NCBI GenBank assembly: GCA_973895155.1
Contig: OZ316894.1
Location: 14,808,599 to 14,872,598, forward strand
DNA from: Marsupella aquatica
Taxonomy: Eukaryota; Plantae; Marchantiophyta
Direction: 5' to 3'
DNA length: 64,000 bases
Part shown: positions 38,956 through 50,332 of the stretch, piece by piece
How positions within the stretch are numbered: position 1 is the stretch's first letter
Layout: each line of letters begins with the position of its first letter
Made by a program: the position numbers and the translations under genes
Notes under the pieces: generated by a model
Databases searched by the model: none
Seen by the model: only the letters and a program-made list of their open reading frames with translations
Told to the model about the DNA's origin: nothing

Positions 38956-41900
38956 CACTAGTAGAAACCGGGGTAATTTAGACCATACCTTATAGGACTA
39001 AGCCCACTAAGTCCTTCTTCCATACTTTAAATGACTCGCATCCATTGCCAAGGTTTTGTTAAAGACTATAAAAGACTTTGAGTGTTTTCATCTTTAGTTA
39101 AAGACTATGAAAAGTAACCTTGCTACTTTGTGAAGGGTGAACACTCTAGGACATCATGGGTTTTGTTCTTGGAATCACTCTAAAGGTCCACACAAAGACT
39201 AGTATAATACAAAGTCTTACAAGGGTTCATGATAAGAGTATACTTAAGAAGGACCGGCGACATGCTACTTTTTGGCCTAAGTGCTTAAGGACATGCCTTG
39301 TATATATCACCAACCTTAACTAACATTGCACCGTAAATATCCATGTAACGGGTACTTTTCATAACTTAGGGTACAACTGTACTGGAGGGCTTAGGGTGGT
39401 TTCTAACCGGAACCGGAACTAATGCATCACTATAACCCTAGCTAGGTACAACTCCCACACCATGATATATTCCGCATTGCCAACTAGTGTCATTTTAATA
39501 GGGTCATGGCCACTAATTGGCACAATGAACAGTCTAGCCCGTGATTGATTTTAGTCTAAATGATGGTGCCTTTTGATCCAAGATTAATTCCACAAGGGGG
39601 GGGAGGGTTAGGGTGGGGCACAACTAATTAAGTGGCCATGACTTTGTCACCAAAGGATTTTATTTAAAGTTATCCTTAACCCGTGTTAGTTTTGTGTCTT
39701 TTGTTGCCTAACACTCTAGCGCGGACGTACTTATTATGCTCAACGGGTCACCTCAACGGAAACGAGCTTACATGACTGCTTGCACTAAGTCTTGGGTTAG
39801 GGTGACTGTGCTTTGGTCATCATAGCAAATTAGGAATATTGCATTTTAGGACTGGATTTAATGTTGGGCAACCTTAATCCTGATTATGGCACAATAGAAT
39901 GCCACTATGTGCCGACCATGTATGTGCAAATATGACCATTCATTGCCTTCTTAGGGTAATTTGCCAGGCCATTTTTGCCTTGTTGGAGTCCACTAGTGTT
40001 TACAGAACATATGCTTCTGTGCTCAACGGCTCACCCCAACGGTTAGGGCTTTGTAAATTCCTTCCCCTAATTCTGTTTAAGGGTTTACGCTTAACTTTTG
40101 GGCCGGACTAAACTACATGGGCAAGGCGCGGGAGAATTCTTCGTGACTTAGTGGTCGAAACAAGGTGGTGGGGTCTTGGGTTGGGTGTTCGGGGTTTTGC
40201 CAAAGGGTTTTTCATTGACAATGAGCTTTCTCGATCAGTCCAAGCGTCATGCTGCTCTAAGTGTATACACTCTTGCCATCCCGAGCACCTCACGCGAGCT
40301 GTGAGCAGTTGCATCCTCCTGTTGTAAGTGCATTGATCTGCCAAGCGTTCAAATGCAAAGCTGCTAGCGTCTACTCCCTGTGCTGGTTGAATGTGTAGCG
40401 CTGTCTTGTGACGATTGAAGATTGCCCCTTACCTTTTACCGCCATCGCTGAATGCAGGATCGACCCGAATATAGCACCTGTGCAGAGGCATTGGGTGAAC
40501 ATAGTGAATGCCGTTTGTGTCTTGTGCAAGGTTGTGGGCCTAACGTTCGTGAGTCGTGAGCTGCAGACTACATGCGACTCCAAAGGAGGCATTGGGGAGG
40601 ACACGGTGAAGCAACAAGGAGCGGCGCGGGAGCTTAGAGTGGGCCAACGCTAGCTGAATCCAATCCAGGAGATGTTGCGCTAAGGTGAGACTCTGAGTTT
40701 AGGGTTGCTTCAGTGTCCAAGTAGGTTTTCTCTTTGCGTCGGCAGCTAGAAGGTAAGCTCGGGGGCTTTACAAAGGGTTAGTGTTGCGGACTTTCCCTCC
40801 TGGACGTTGCGTGTCTTCATTTGCAACTTGTTTGTGGACCTGTGATCCTGAGACTGTCAAAATTGTTGTGGCCGCACCGACAACTTGACGACGCATTTTG
40901 TGGATGCACCGTTAGTAATCGCGACTACAGCTCTCCAATGATTGCACTTACCATTTTTGACCACCTTGCATGATGTCCATCCGTGGGCTGGACCCCAGGG
41001 AGTAGATTTTGGTACATTTCAGTAGATTTTGTCTATGCCCCCGGTCCTCATTTTGTGCAATGTCCGCCTGGCACTTGGTTCTTGATCCCTACATTGTCGT
41101 CTGCCGCTCGGCTGCTTGCGGAAGGGATCAAACAGATTGGAGGTCACTGTGGACTGACATTCAGGCCTGGGTCAAGCAAGGAGGTTAGAGTTGAAGTCGC
41201 CTATGCTTGGCCTTCTCTATTTTCTCTGCTTGCCACTGCCTCTATTGTTGCTTACCATTTGCAGCTGGTGAAGCTGCATGCGGGTTGCATCTATTCTACG
41301 GGCGCGCTACGGGTGTTTTATGGATTGTGGACTTTATGTGGTGCGAGAATCGGTAACAACATGAACCGGACTTTTTTTACAGTCTTGGAATGTGCGTGAG
41401 CTGTGAAGGTTGCGCTTCAGAGCTGATATTCCTGTCGCCGCCTACTCCCATTGTTGTGTGTTCGTAACGTTGTGGATCGTAACGTTGGAACTCGGAGCTG
41501 AGCTGCGCACTGTCAACCATCAAGCGCTGTTGCGCGTTGTCAACCAAGAGGAGATGCCGCATCCCACATTGAGTTGAACATTCAGCTAGGGACCTGAGCT
41601 GCGCACTTTCAACCATCGAGCAACGACCAAGCTTGGCAGCGCTCTGGGATTTATCGGCCACATTGACAAAGCAGAAGACAGAGGTGAGTGTTCGTGCACC
41701 GTTAGAGTAACCGCGAGTACTCTATTACATGCCTTGTTGTTCTCTATTACATGCCTTGTTCTCCCGTCCACTGTTTCCTGCGATTTTCTTTCTTCCAGAA
41801 GATAATGGTGATTTCTTCTTCAATCAAACAAAACCCCACCCAACCACCACCCAAGAACGTGGGGTGTGCGCTACTTAATCCTCCTCAAACTGGCCCATTG

Positions 41901-43952
41901 TTCATTGAAACCCCATATATTACCGCCCGGCACCAAGGGACCAGTCCCAACCTGTCTTCCGCTTGCCACCCTCTTCACTCTCTCGCACATCTATCTCCCG
42001 ATATTTCATGCATAGCCGAGCCCACCGAAAGCTCTCTCCCTACAATCCCTCCCAAATCAACTTTCTCGTTTCCTGCTGCTGCTGATGTATGTTTGTTCTC
42101 CCCTATTTTTGTTTACTGAATTTGGTCTCTCCACACTTCTTGCTTGACATTACTGTTTTTCTCCTCCCTGGATCCAAACATGCCTTGTGCCCCGTGCTCC
42201 GACTTGCATCCTTTTCTTTACTAAGGGGGGGACCACAGCCTCCAGCCATACCTTGGATGCCGGGCCTGGTCAAGACGGTGGTCGGTAGCTCGTTTTTGTT
42301 TTTTTCTCTTTTGTTTCCCAAGCTTCTGGGCAAGGGCATTACCATTCTGGATTCTCCGCGAGGCGCCACTAGCTTTTTTTCTCGGTTGCCCGTGTGCCTG
42401 CCTTCTTAGTTTTGTTTTTTCCTCAAGTGACCAGGCCATCGCTGTATGCAGATTTTTCTTGTTGTATTCATATACAGTATTTTATTGTTCTATCTAGGCT
42501 GTGGCAAGCCAACAAACTGTTGACAACCAACATGGAATAACAACTATGCAGTGCAATGGCAGAGGACACTGTCCAATACAGGAATGACATGGTTATGTTT
42601 TCAATTCCCTGCTTGGATGAGGCGTGGTGTTGCTTGTAATCATGTATTTCTTCACACTAGAAAAGCAGTCTGTCAGATGAGGTTGTCGGGATTGTCTGTG
42701 GGTCAGTCATCTTACGGACACCTAGCAACGTCAAATGAATGGCGGAAACGGGCCATGTTGTCATTTTGAAATTTGTCTTTCCTTTTGCCATGCTACCCAA
42801 TCACTTTGTTAGTCCATGAGTCATAGATTCATAGATTCTATGTTTTGTGCTTTGTCTAGAATGCTATGGCGCCCATGCTACAATTTGTGGTTTTTGTCTA
42901 AGCACAAATCCTCTCTGTGCCTGGTCTCTGTGTCCCGTCATTTGGATTGATTGTGCAGACGTTTCCTCTTCTCCCAGTCCTTGTCATCCACCAGCCAAAG
43001 CACATTGGATTGTTTTCAAAGGAGGGTTGTGTAGTTTGGAGGGTTTGATCTATGCAGCAGAATTGAGCAGATTGGCGGTTGTTAGTTTCTTCTTGTAAAA
43101 CCTGTCTGTCTTTTCTGCTTTTGGCCATGCTCCTTCACTTCTTGCTGCAAGCTCAATGTGCTTCAGCTATGGCAATATTCACTTACCCTATCCCAACGGC
43201 ACTGCCATGAGCTGTAGGACAGCCAACAGAAGCAGATTGTATCGATTGCATGTAAGTCAGGGTATTTTATGTATTGCGGAACAACTGTCCAAGTATGCTG
43301 CAATGGTCGGTCTTGCGCAGCTGAATGAGCCAATTTCATTTTCCCTGTGCACTTCTATTTCTCAGAGAATTCCCTGGTCATGCTCATTTCCCCCAGAGTT
43401 AGAAAACAAAGAAGAAGAGCTGACTAATTGTAATTCCAATCCATATCCTGATCGGTCAAGGATTGTTCACTACATTGGCCTTGTCATTGGCCGAGGTCAC
43501 CAAATTTTGCTTGGTTTCATTCCTGTGGAGCACTGCTGTGATGGATTTGTCGTAGCATTCTGCAAACTCTCACGGTTTGCTTATGGCCATTATTTGCAAT
43601 TTGCTGCTACTAATATGTCTTCTTCTTAGCAGCATACACCAGAAGTAAGCAATAGTGGAGGTTTAACTGCACATCAACACATCTAGTGAACTACCTCTCT
43701 GCTGCTCACTGGAGGGTGAGACTTTCACTCTTTTTGGATATTGTAGTTTGTAAGCAAGTTGATTAGGAGTGTTTCATGCTATGTTTACACTGTGACCCCT
43801 AGCTGGAACCAATGGAATGACACAGTGAGTGGGAACTGATAATTTAAGGTTGGTTGCTGTTGGTGAGGCAAGTACAGCTCCTGCTCACCTTGCTGATCGA
43901 AGGTGCTTATCAGAGGACGTGAACACACGACATCTCCACAAAAGCAACACTT

Positions 43953-44402
43953 ATGGTGAGGACCCGCAACGCTGAACATGTGCGGCTTGCACGCAAGGCA
44001 GAGATGTTGCGCCTTGAGTATGTCAGACTTGGGATCCTTCCAGCCCAGTCTGCATGGTACTTTGAGTACCCAGTTGTTGCTAGGAACAACTACAGCCAGC
44101 CTGTACCTGCTTCTCCACCCTTCCCAACATCCTTGGTATTTCTGTCTCTTGTACATGACCCGCCACAAATTAGGGCCCAAGGGTGTGTGCACAGTTGCCA
44201 ATATGACTGTCTTGCCTGTAGGGCTTCTGGCCTAGAGTTGGATGACCGTTCTCTTGGATGTCAGTTTTTTCACAGAGCACAATGTATTATCTGGAACCAC
44301 TCGCCATCCTGTAGTGTGCCTGGTGATGTCACTTGTCCTGCCCTCCCAGACCCCACCACCGGTCACTTTGGTGTCTACACATGTTTGGATCACACGCTCT
44401 AG
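43953..44402 (+). CDS. Unknown Cys/His-rich 149-aa protein, cargo copy A
   Basis: Intact ATG-stop ORF; clear homolog at 56708-57160 (GC.HSCQYDC.ACR, CI.WNH, CPALP). Confidence 0.75.
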   Translation: MVRTRNAEHVRLARKAEMLRLEYVRLGILPAQSAWYFEYPVVARNNYSQPVPASPPFPTSLVFLSLVHDPPQIRAQGCVHSCQYDCLACRASGLELDDRSLGCQFFHRAQCIIWNHSPSCSVPGDVTCPALPDPTTGHFGVYTCLDHTL

Positions 44403-45071
44403 AGGACCACTTGTCACACCGCATGCACAAACCAAAGACCATTGACCTATAACTTAACACTTTGACTTGAACAGAGAGGATATTTACTTAAGATTTTGAA
44501 TTATGACCAATTTTGGGTCCAGGGTTTAGGGTCAACAGTACATAACTTATCCTATTATGGCTGCACTAAGTACAATATCCTAATTTAAGAGGCTAGCAAG
44601 CTCACTTAAAAGTCTCCTTTCAAAGATTGGAATTAATGGGCCATGTGATAACCTGGAAAAAGTGATTTATGCCTAACTTATTTGTCTCATTCACTATCAT
44701 AGCCTATTTAGGATGTATAAATTACAACCCTGATCACACTGCTTGATACCAATCCTGTTCAAAAAATGCCTGTTTTACATGTCACGACTGTTATATGTGA
44801 TTCAAATGCATTAAATCTTGTTGCAGATCTCCTTTGGTGAATCATAGCCACAAAATTGAGGTGTAGGTAAAGCTATTGTACGAGGGGATCAGTTTTTAGT
44901 GTGGGCTCAACAAACCAAAAAGTATGTCTACTCTGCACATGTGTGTGAACATTTCATTGCAGTAGCAATTGCCACTCTAGTCTATATGCTACACTGTACT
45001 TTTTGTACACTGCACTAAATTGTATTGTCTGTGCACTCTGCTAAATTGTACTATCTGTCTCATGCGTAGGC

Positions 45072-45752
45072 ATGGCACGCCCTAAAATCCGAGCCAAGAA
45101 GCGAGGGACAGAGGTGAGCAACACAGGTGTAGTTGGGCCAGATGGTAGTAACTTCTCCGCAAGTCAGATTTTCCAGAAGGCAGCTCATTGTTGTGCCATT
45201 TGTGACGATGGTGGTGGCTTAGCCATATGTGAGGGCCCTTGCATGAGACATTTCCACCTCAACCCGGAGTCTGACCTTGCTGCAGAAAACAACTGTCCAG
45301 AGGTGGGCCTCCCGTCAGCACACTAGGGAGGCTGGATGTGCACTGATTGTTTGGAGAAGCAGGCTAAGTGTGCACAGTGTGGGAAGTTGGGGTCTTATGA
45401 GGGCTCTATTGATGCTCCACCACTTGTTAGGAAATGCCCTGACAGATATTGTGTGAGGTTCTTTTGTTTTTCATGTTTGCCCGATCTTGCCACAGCTTGC
45501 CCACTTCATAAGTGCAAGGCATGTGGTCAGCAGGATGAAGATTTTTGGGTGGACATAGTCCACTGTGTTAGGTGTCCCACCATGTGGCACTTTCATTGTT
45601 TGAAGGAGCGTCAAGCAGAAGGCTATGCTTGTGACAGACACATCTATGATCACTCTGCACATGGTGTTGATCGATGGATCTTCTATTGTCATCGCCATGC
45701 CATAGATCCTACTTTGCACACTCCCATGAGAGATCACATTTCTTGGCTTTGA
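45072..45752 (+). pseudogene. Stand-alone EDM2/NSD-type PHD finger cassette, copy A (one in-frame TAG at 45324)
   Basis: CAICDDGG.L..CEG.C.R.FH, CPLHKC..C, CVRCP..WH..CL and FYC..H.ID..L.TP.RDHI match the EDM2 PHD region as I recall it. Confidence 0.85.
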
Positions 45753-46350
45753 ACCTGAATAATGTACATGCATAGTGCACCTGATGTGGATACCTTGGAG
45801 ATTGCAGACATTCCAATTTTGAGAAGAAGGACCTCTGTAGGAGAGGATGCTTAGGCAACAAGTACCCTAAGTTCATTACTTGTTCCTGGGTACATGCCTT
45901 CAAAAACTCCCCTTAAGCCTTCTAGGAACTTTTTTAACTCTGCAATCATTTTGATCACGACTTACATGACACTGCTTAAATTAAATCAGGACTTCTCATT
46001 ATGAGCATATAAGTTACAAGGCTATTTAATTTGCGAGAATTCCCTTAAAGTGTACCAACATTTTGTATTCTCATTGAATGTCTGCCCATTTACAACATCT
46101 GTATGTGGCATCACAAAACAATTGCACTTGTCACCTTCAATATTGTGAAGGCACATATTCAAACTATGAGGTGCATGCTTGCAGGTGTCTAGTACGTTTG
46201 TCCCAATATTTCTCCCGTTTGGAATCGGAGCAGAGACTCACCAGACGATTGGACTGGACCAAGTTATAAACGCAGCATTTTAAGGGCCCTCCGATTATCA
46301 GGTGAACGCATTATCTTCCGGTCTACAGTGATTAGGTGGCCCGTGTGTAC

Positions 46351-47202
46351 ATGGCCTCTAGGAAACGTACAAAGGTTGACCACCCACCTCTGTTGGCTGG
46401 AATCAAAGCCATTTTGATTCCTGGCCACTATGGGTTCACCCAAGTGAGTTGGCCAATCGTACAAAAACGATTCTCAGAGTTCCATGGGACTGAAGTCAAG
46501 GACATCACTCCACAAACTACACATGTTGTTGCGGGGACATGGCTGGATGTGATGAACAAGTGGTCATGGTCCTTCATTGATTCTGCCATTACCAACCAAG
46601 GTCTAAAAGTAGTTGAAGTCTCTTGGCTGACCGATTCTGTTAAACATAGGTGTGTACAGAGTACTGAGCAATATGAGTTGTGGGAGAGTGTCAAGGAGGC
46701 CACTGCAGAGGCTTTGGCTGAAAAGGAAGCCTATGAAGCAGCGGAAGAGAAACCCAACTTTGCTTCTGTCCAATATGGACCTGTTGTCAACATAGGACAC
46801 CATCCTATGCGTGCAGATGCTATATTGAATGAGCATGGCAAGGAGAGAAATACCATTATGAAGGGGTTCAGTGTGGTATTTGCAGAAGAAGGAATTGGGG
46901 AGACTAAGTGCAGACTGTACAAGTCTATAGTTGTTGAGCTAGGTGGAACAGTGGAGGAGAGTCTAATAGAAACCTCCACTCATGTTGTAGGTCTGTCATA
47001 CATGAAAATATGCAGAAAATTCTTTAAGACAATAGTGTGTGATTTTGTCATGAACAACAATCTTTGGGTGCTTTCCCCTGATTGGCTTCTGGAATTAGCA
47101 GCTAGAGGGAAGCGACAGAATGCTTGGGACTTTGATATTTTTGAGGCCTGGCCCTCCAAGATTCAGCGGAGATGTATGCTTAGCAAAGGTGGGAGAGAGT
47201 GA
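46351..47202 (+). CDS. Tandem BRCT-domain protein, 283 aa
   Basis: Two BRCT repeats: G.EV...TTHVV...VVEVSWLTDS and LGGTV...STHVV...VLSPDWLLE; intact ORF. Confidence 0.8.
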   Translation: MASRKRTKVDHPPLLAGIKAILIPGHYGFTQVSWPIVQKRFSEFHGTEVKDITPQTTHVVAGTWLDVMNKWSWSFIDSAITNQGLKVVEVSWLTDSVKHRCVQSTEQYELWESVKEATAEALAEKEAYEAAEEKPNFASVQYGPVVNIGHHPMRADAILNEHGKERNTIMKGFSVVFAEEGIGETKCRLYKSIVVELGGTVEESLIETSTHVVGLSYMKICRKFFKTIVCDFVMNNNLWVLSPDWLLELAARGKRQNAWDFDIFEAWPSKIQRRCMLSKGGRE

Positions 47203-47378
47203 GGAGTAGGAGTCCCTCATATTTTTGTATAAATCACAATTTTGTAATAAATATGATCCTTGAACTAACTCATCTTGTCATGGTTGGTCGCAGTTGAAGT
47301 GATTGTTGTTTCCTGCTGCGTGGGGTGTGACTGTGAATCTACTTGCTGGGCTCTGTTTGGCTGAAGACTTTGGTGGGT

Positions 47379-47912
47379 ATGCTGCCTCTTCCAGACCGTC
47401 AGGCCCTATGTAGGGTCCTCCTACGGGTTGCATCGTGCATGGCTACTGCTTGGGCTTACTTGTGTGGATTGGTAACCAGACAGAGTGTAGCTCCATCCGA
47501 GATAATGCCTGCAGACCTTGGATGTGTTGTGAATGCTGTGGTGAATGAGGATGCATAGTCAGAAGAGGACATTTACTTTTCAGCAGATGAGTTAGACAAG
47601 CACGATGCTGTAGGTGGTTCCTTGTTGCCTGATTTGGCAGATGATATAGTTCTTACACATGTCTGGCCGAGGGTTCTTGTGGTGTCTGGCGCACAAGATA
47701 TCTGCAAATATAGACTAATTAGTACCCAGTGGAGGGACTTGGTAGCAACATGTGCACCATGGAGGGCACTGCTGCCACTGCTTGTAGGCACGGATCGAAG
47801 ACCACCATGGCATGAGCAGGGTTTAGACCTTGATGACTTAATGTACATGCCTGAGTACCTCAGGGCTGAGTGGCATCGACAACAGGATTGGTATCCGTAT
47901 TTGATGTGGTAG
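47379..47912 (+). pseudogene. F-box-like protein
   Basis: LPDLADDIVL.HVW.R...RLISTQWRDLV F-box pattern; in-frame TAG at 47556. Confidence 0.55.
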
Positions 47913-48238
47913 TAAGATGAGGACATCTCACACCGGTCTCGCACTTGGCACCTGTGTCTATGACTATACATGATTGGACTCTGATATGGTCATGGATGTA
48001 CGTGCAGAGGCAGTACATGTGAGGACAGCGGAGGAGTTGACACCCTCAAACATTTAGGAATTTTGTCTCATTCACTTGAGAATAGGTACATGACTCAGGC
48101 ACCTATATTTTTTGTTTTTTTGTTTTTTTGGAACGTTACGTATTTTGGCAAGTACAGTCGGGGGTGAAATCCTTAACAGGAAGTGTATTTTTCACTTGCA
48201 TAATAAAATGACAGGGTGCTGAGTGCGTGTGTATAGTG

Positions 48239-49301
48239 ATGGCTCCAAGGTTGCCTCTTCACAACCCATTTAGGATTAGGCATCATGATTCTAAATTGTG
48301 GATGCGTGAACAAGCCCGGACCGCCCAAGGTAGGAGTAGGAGGATGAGATGCCCATGCACACAGTGCCAAGGATTCAAGTCGTTGAGTTTGAACACTGTG
48401 CACCTTCACCTGCTGCGGCATGAAAGGCACCCTCGGTGGAGGGTTTGGAATGTACCAGCAGAAGAAGACTCCTCTGATGAAGAGTGGAGAGCTGACTTTG
48501 TGGATTCTAATACAGCTAGGCGTAGAGACTACACGGTCTCAAATTGCACACTTCAACAACAAAACAGAGCTTCGTGGCCCACCACAGAGGGTCACCAGAG
48601 AGCAAGTCCTGAGGTGGGCAGCCAGGAAGGCTGATTGGGACAAGAGAAGTGCCACTGATGGAGAACCTGAGGATCCAGTGGTGAAACACGGTGTGAAAAG
48701 ACAGACCTTGATGGACTTGGAGTTGGAGTACTGGAGGGTAATGTACTTAGCCTCCAGCCCCTGTATGATTGCAATTTTAGATTGGAAGCAATGGTGGATT
48801 GATGTTGGTTACAATCCTCCTATGTGGTTAATTAGTGTTTCTGTTGTTGAATTCTTTGCTTTGTGGAGTGCAGGAATTCGAGCCCAGCAAACACAATGTA
48901 GACGTCATGCACATTGAGAAAAATATTTGTGAGAGCTTGCTGAAGTTCTTGTCGGGTGAGAAAGATACAGGAGCAGTTTGAGCTGATATGCAACAGAAGG
49001 GGATTCGCCCTCACCTTTGGTTGAAGCCCCATGCAAGCAATCCCAATGTACTTCTCAAGTTCCAAGCTCCCTATGTGTGCACACAGGATGAATGGAAGAC
49101 ATTCTTGTATAGATTGAGTTGTCTGAAAGTGCCCTCTGGCTATGCTGGTGCCTTCAAGAAGCATATTACAAAGAATAAACTTGGCAGTATGAAAACACAT
49201 GACTACCATGTGTTGATGCAGCACATTCTGCCCCTATGCCTCAGAGGTCTCATGCAGAAACCAGTCCGTAATGTCATTCTTTGACTGTGCAATGTATTTC
49301 G
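48239..49301 (+). pseudogene. CACTA (Tnp2/TnpD-like) transposase, internally deleted and truncated
   Basis: RCPC..C...HL..H transposase-associated domain, DVMHIEKNICESLL, LKVPSGYA, MKTHDYHVLMQHILP (DUF4218-like). Confidence 0.9.
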
Positions 49302-50332
49302 CCCACAAGAAGAAAACCTATGTTTTACTACTACAGGCCTTGCAACTACTTTGCCTAAACAACTCATACGTGGTGCCAACCACTGTTTTTTTAATGGGTT
49401 GTAATAATCTGCATTTTGTGACTCTAATTAGAACTATGTTACCTTAATCACTAATTACAACTCTTTTTTTTGCCACTAAAACTTAGATCACTTTAATTAG
49501 AGTTGTATATTATACAATTTTCAAATCACTACAATCCACCGTCCATTACACCGTCAATGTTTACAACTCTATTTTTAACTAAGATTTTACTACTGGCCAA
49601 AAGCACTACAAATACAAGTACCACCAATATTTGAATGGTAAAGGTGTTTTTTCAATCAACTCCCAATCAAGTGAATCTTTTCCAAGTGATCTTAATTACT
49701 TGAAATAATGTCATTTGTGAGCACACCTTTTGTTACTATAAATATCACCAATAGTGGAGTCATAAATGAATTTTGGCAAAATCACTTAAAATATTTTAGT
49801 GACAAGGAAATTCTTACAAACAACATAAGATTGAGTGAATTAATTGTCAATGTACAAAATCTCTTTAAGTAAAGTCATTATTATCACAAATTTTCTGACT
49901 AGAAATGCCACTAATATTAGAGTCCAATAAATATTATTTGATGCAACTACAAACCAAGTGCCACATCCTCTTTTGGTCCAAAATCACTCTAAAGAATGTT
50001 ATTCTCTTCGCACATTTTAGTGACTCCAAATGCCACTAAGAGTAGAGTGTCAATGGAGGGCCTTGCAAATGACTTGAAATGAAGTAGATCATTTTTCATT
50101 CTCAGAAATCACTATGAATAATGTCATTCTTTAAATATATTTTGCAACTACAAATGCCATCAACATTAGAGTGTCAGAACAGTTTTGACAAATGACTGAA
50201 AATTGAAAGGATTATTTTGTGATGTCCAAATCTCTCCCAATGATGTCATTAGCAACACACATTTTCAGCCACGATATGCATGCCACCAAAATTACAGCGA
50301 TAAATAAATTCTTTTTTACAAATTGTACCAAA

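Larger units (their letters stand above)
38956..49301 (+). mobile_element. CACTA/EnSpm element A (left part) with cargo genes
   Basis: Begins CACTAGTAGAAA where the MULE-like coding sequence breaks off; contains a CACTA transposase remnant at 48239-49301. Confidence 0.75.

Noticed and set aside
39900-43700. Many short ORFs here and in 54300-56100
   Set aside because: No recognisable domains and no visible protein conservation between elements A and B; probably UTR or intron sequence
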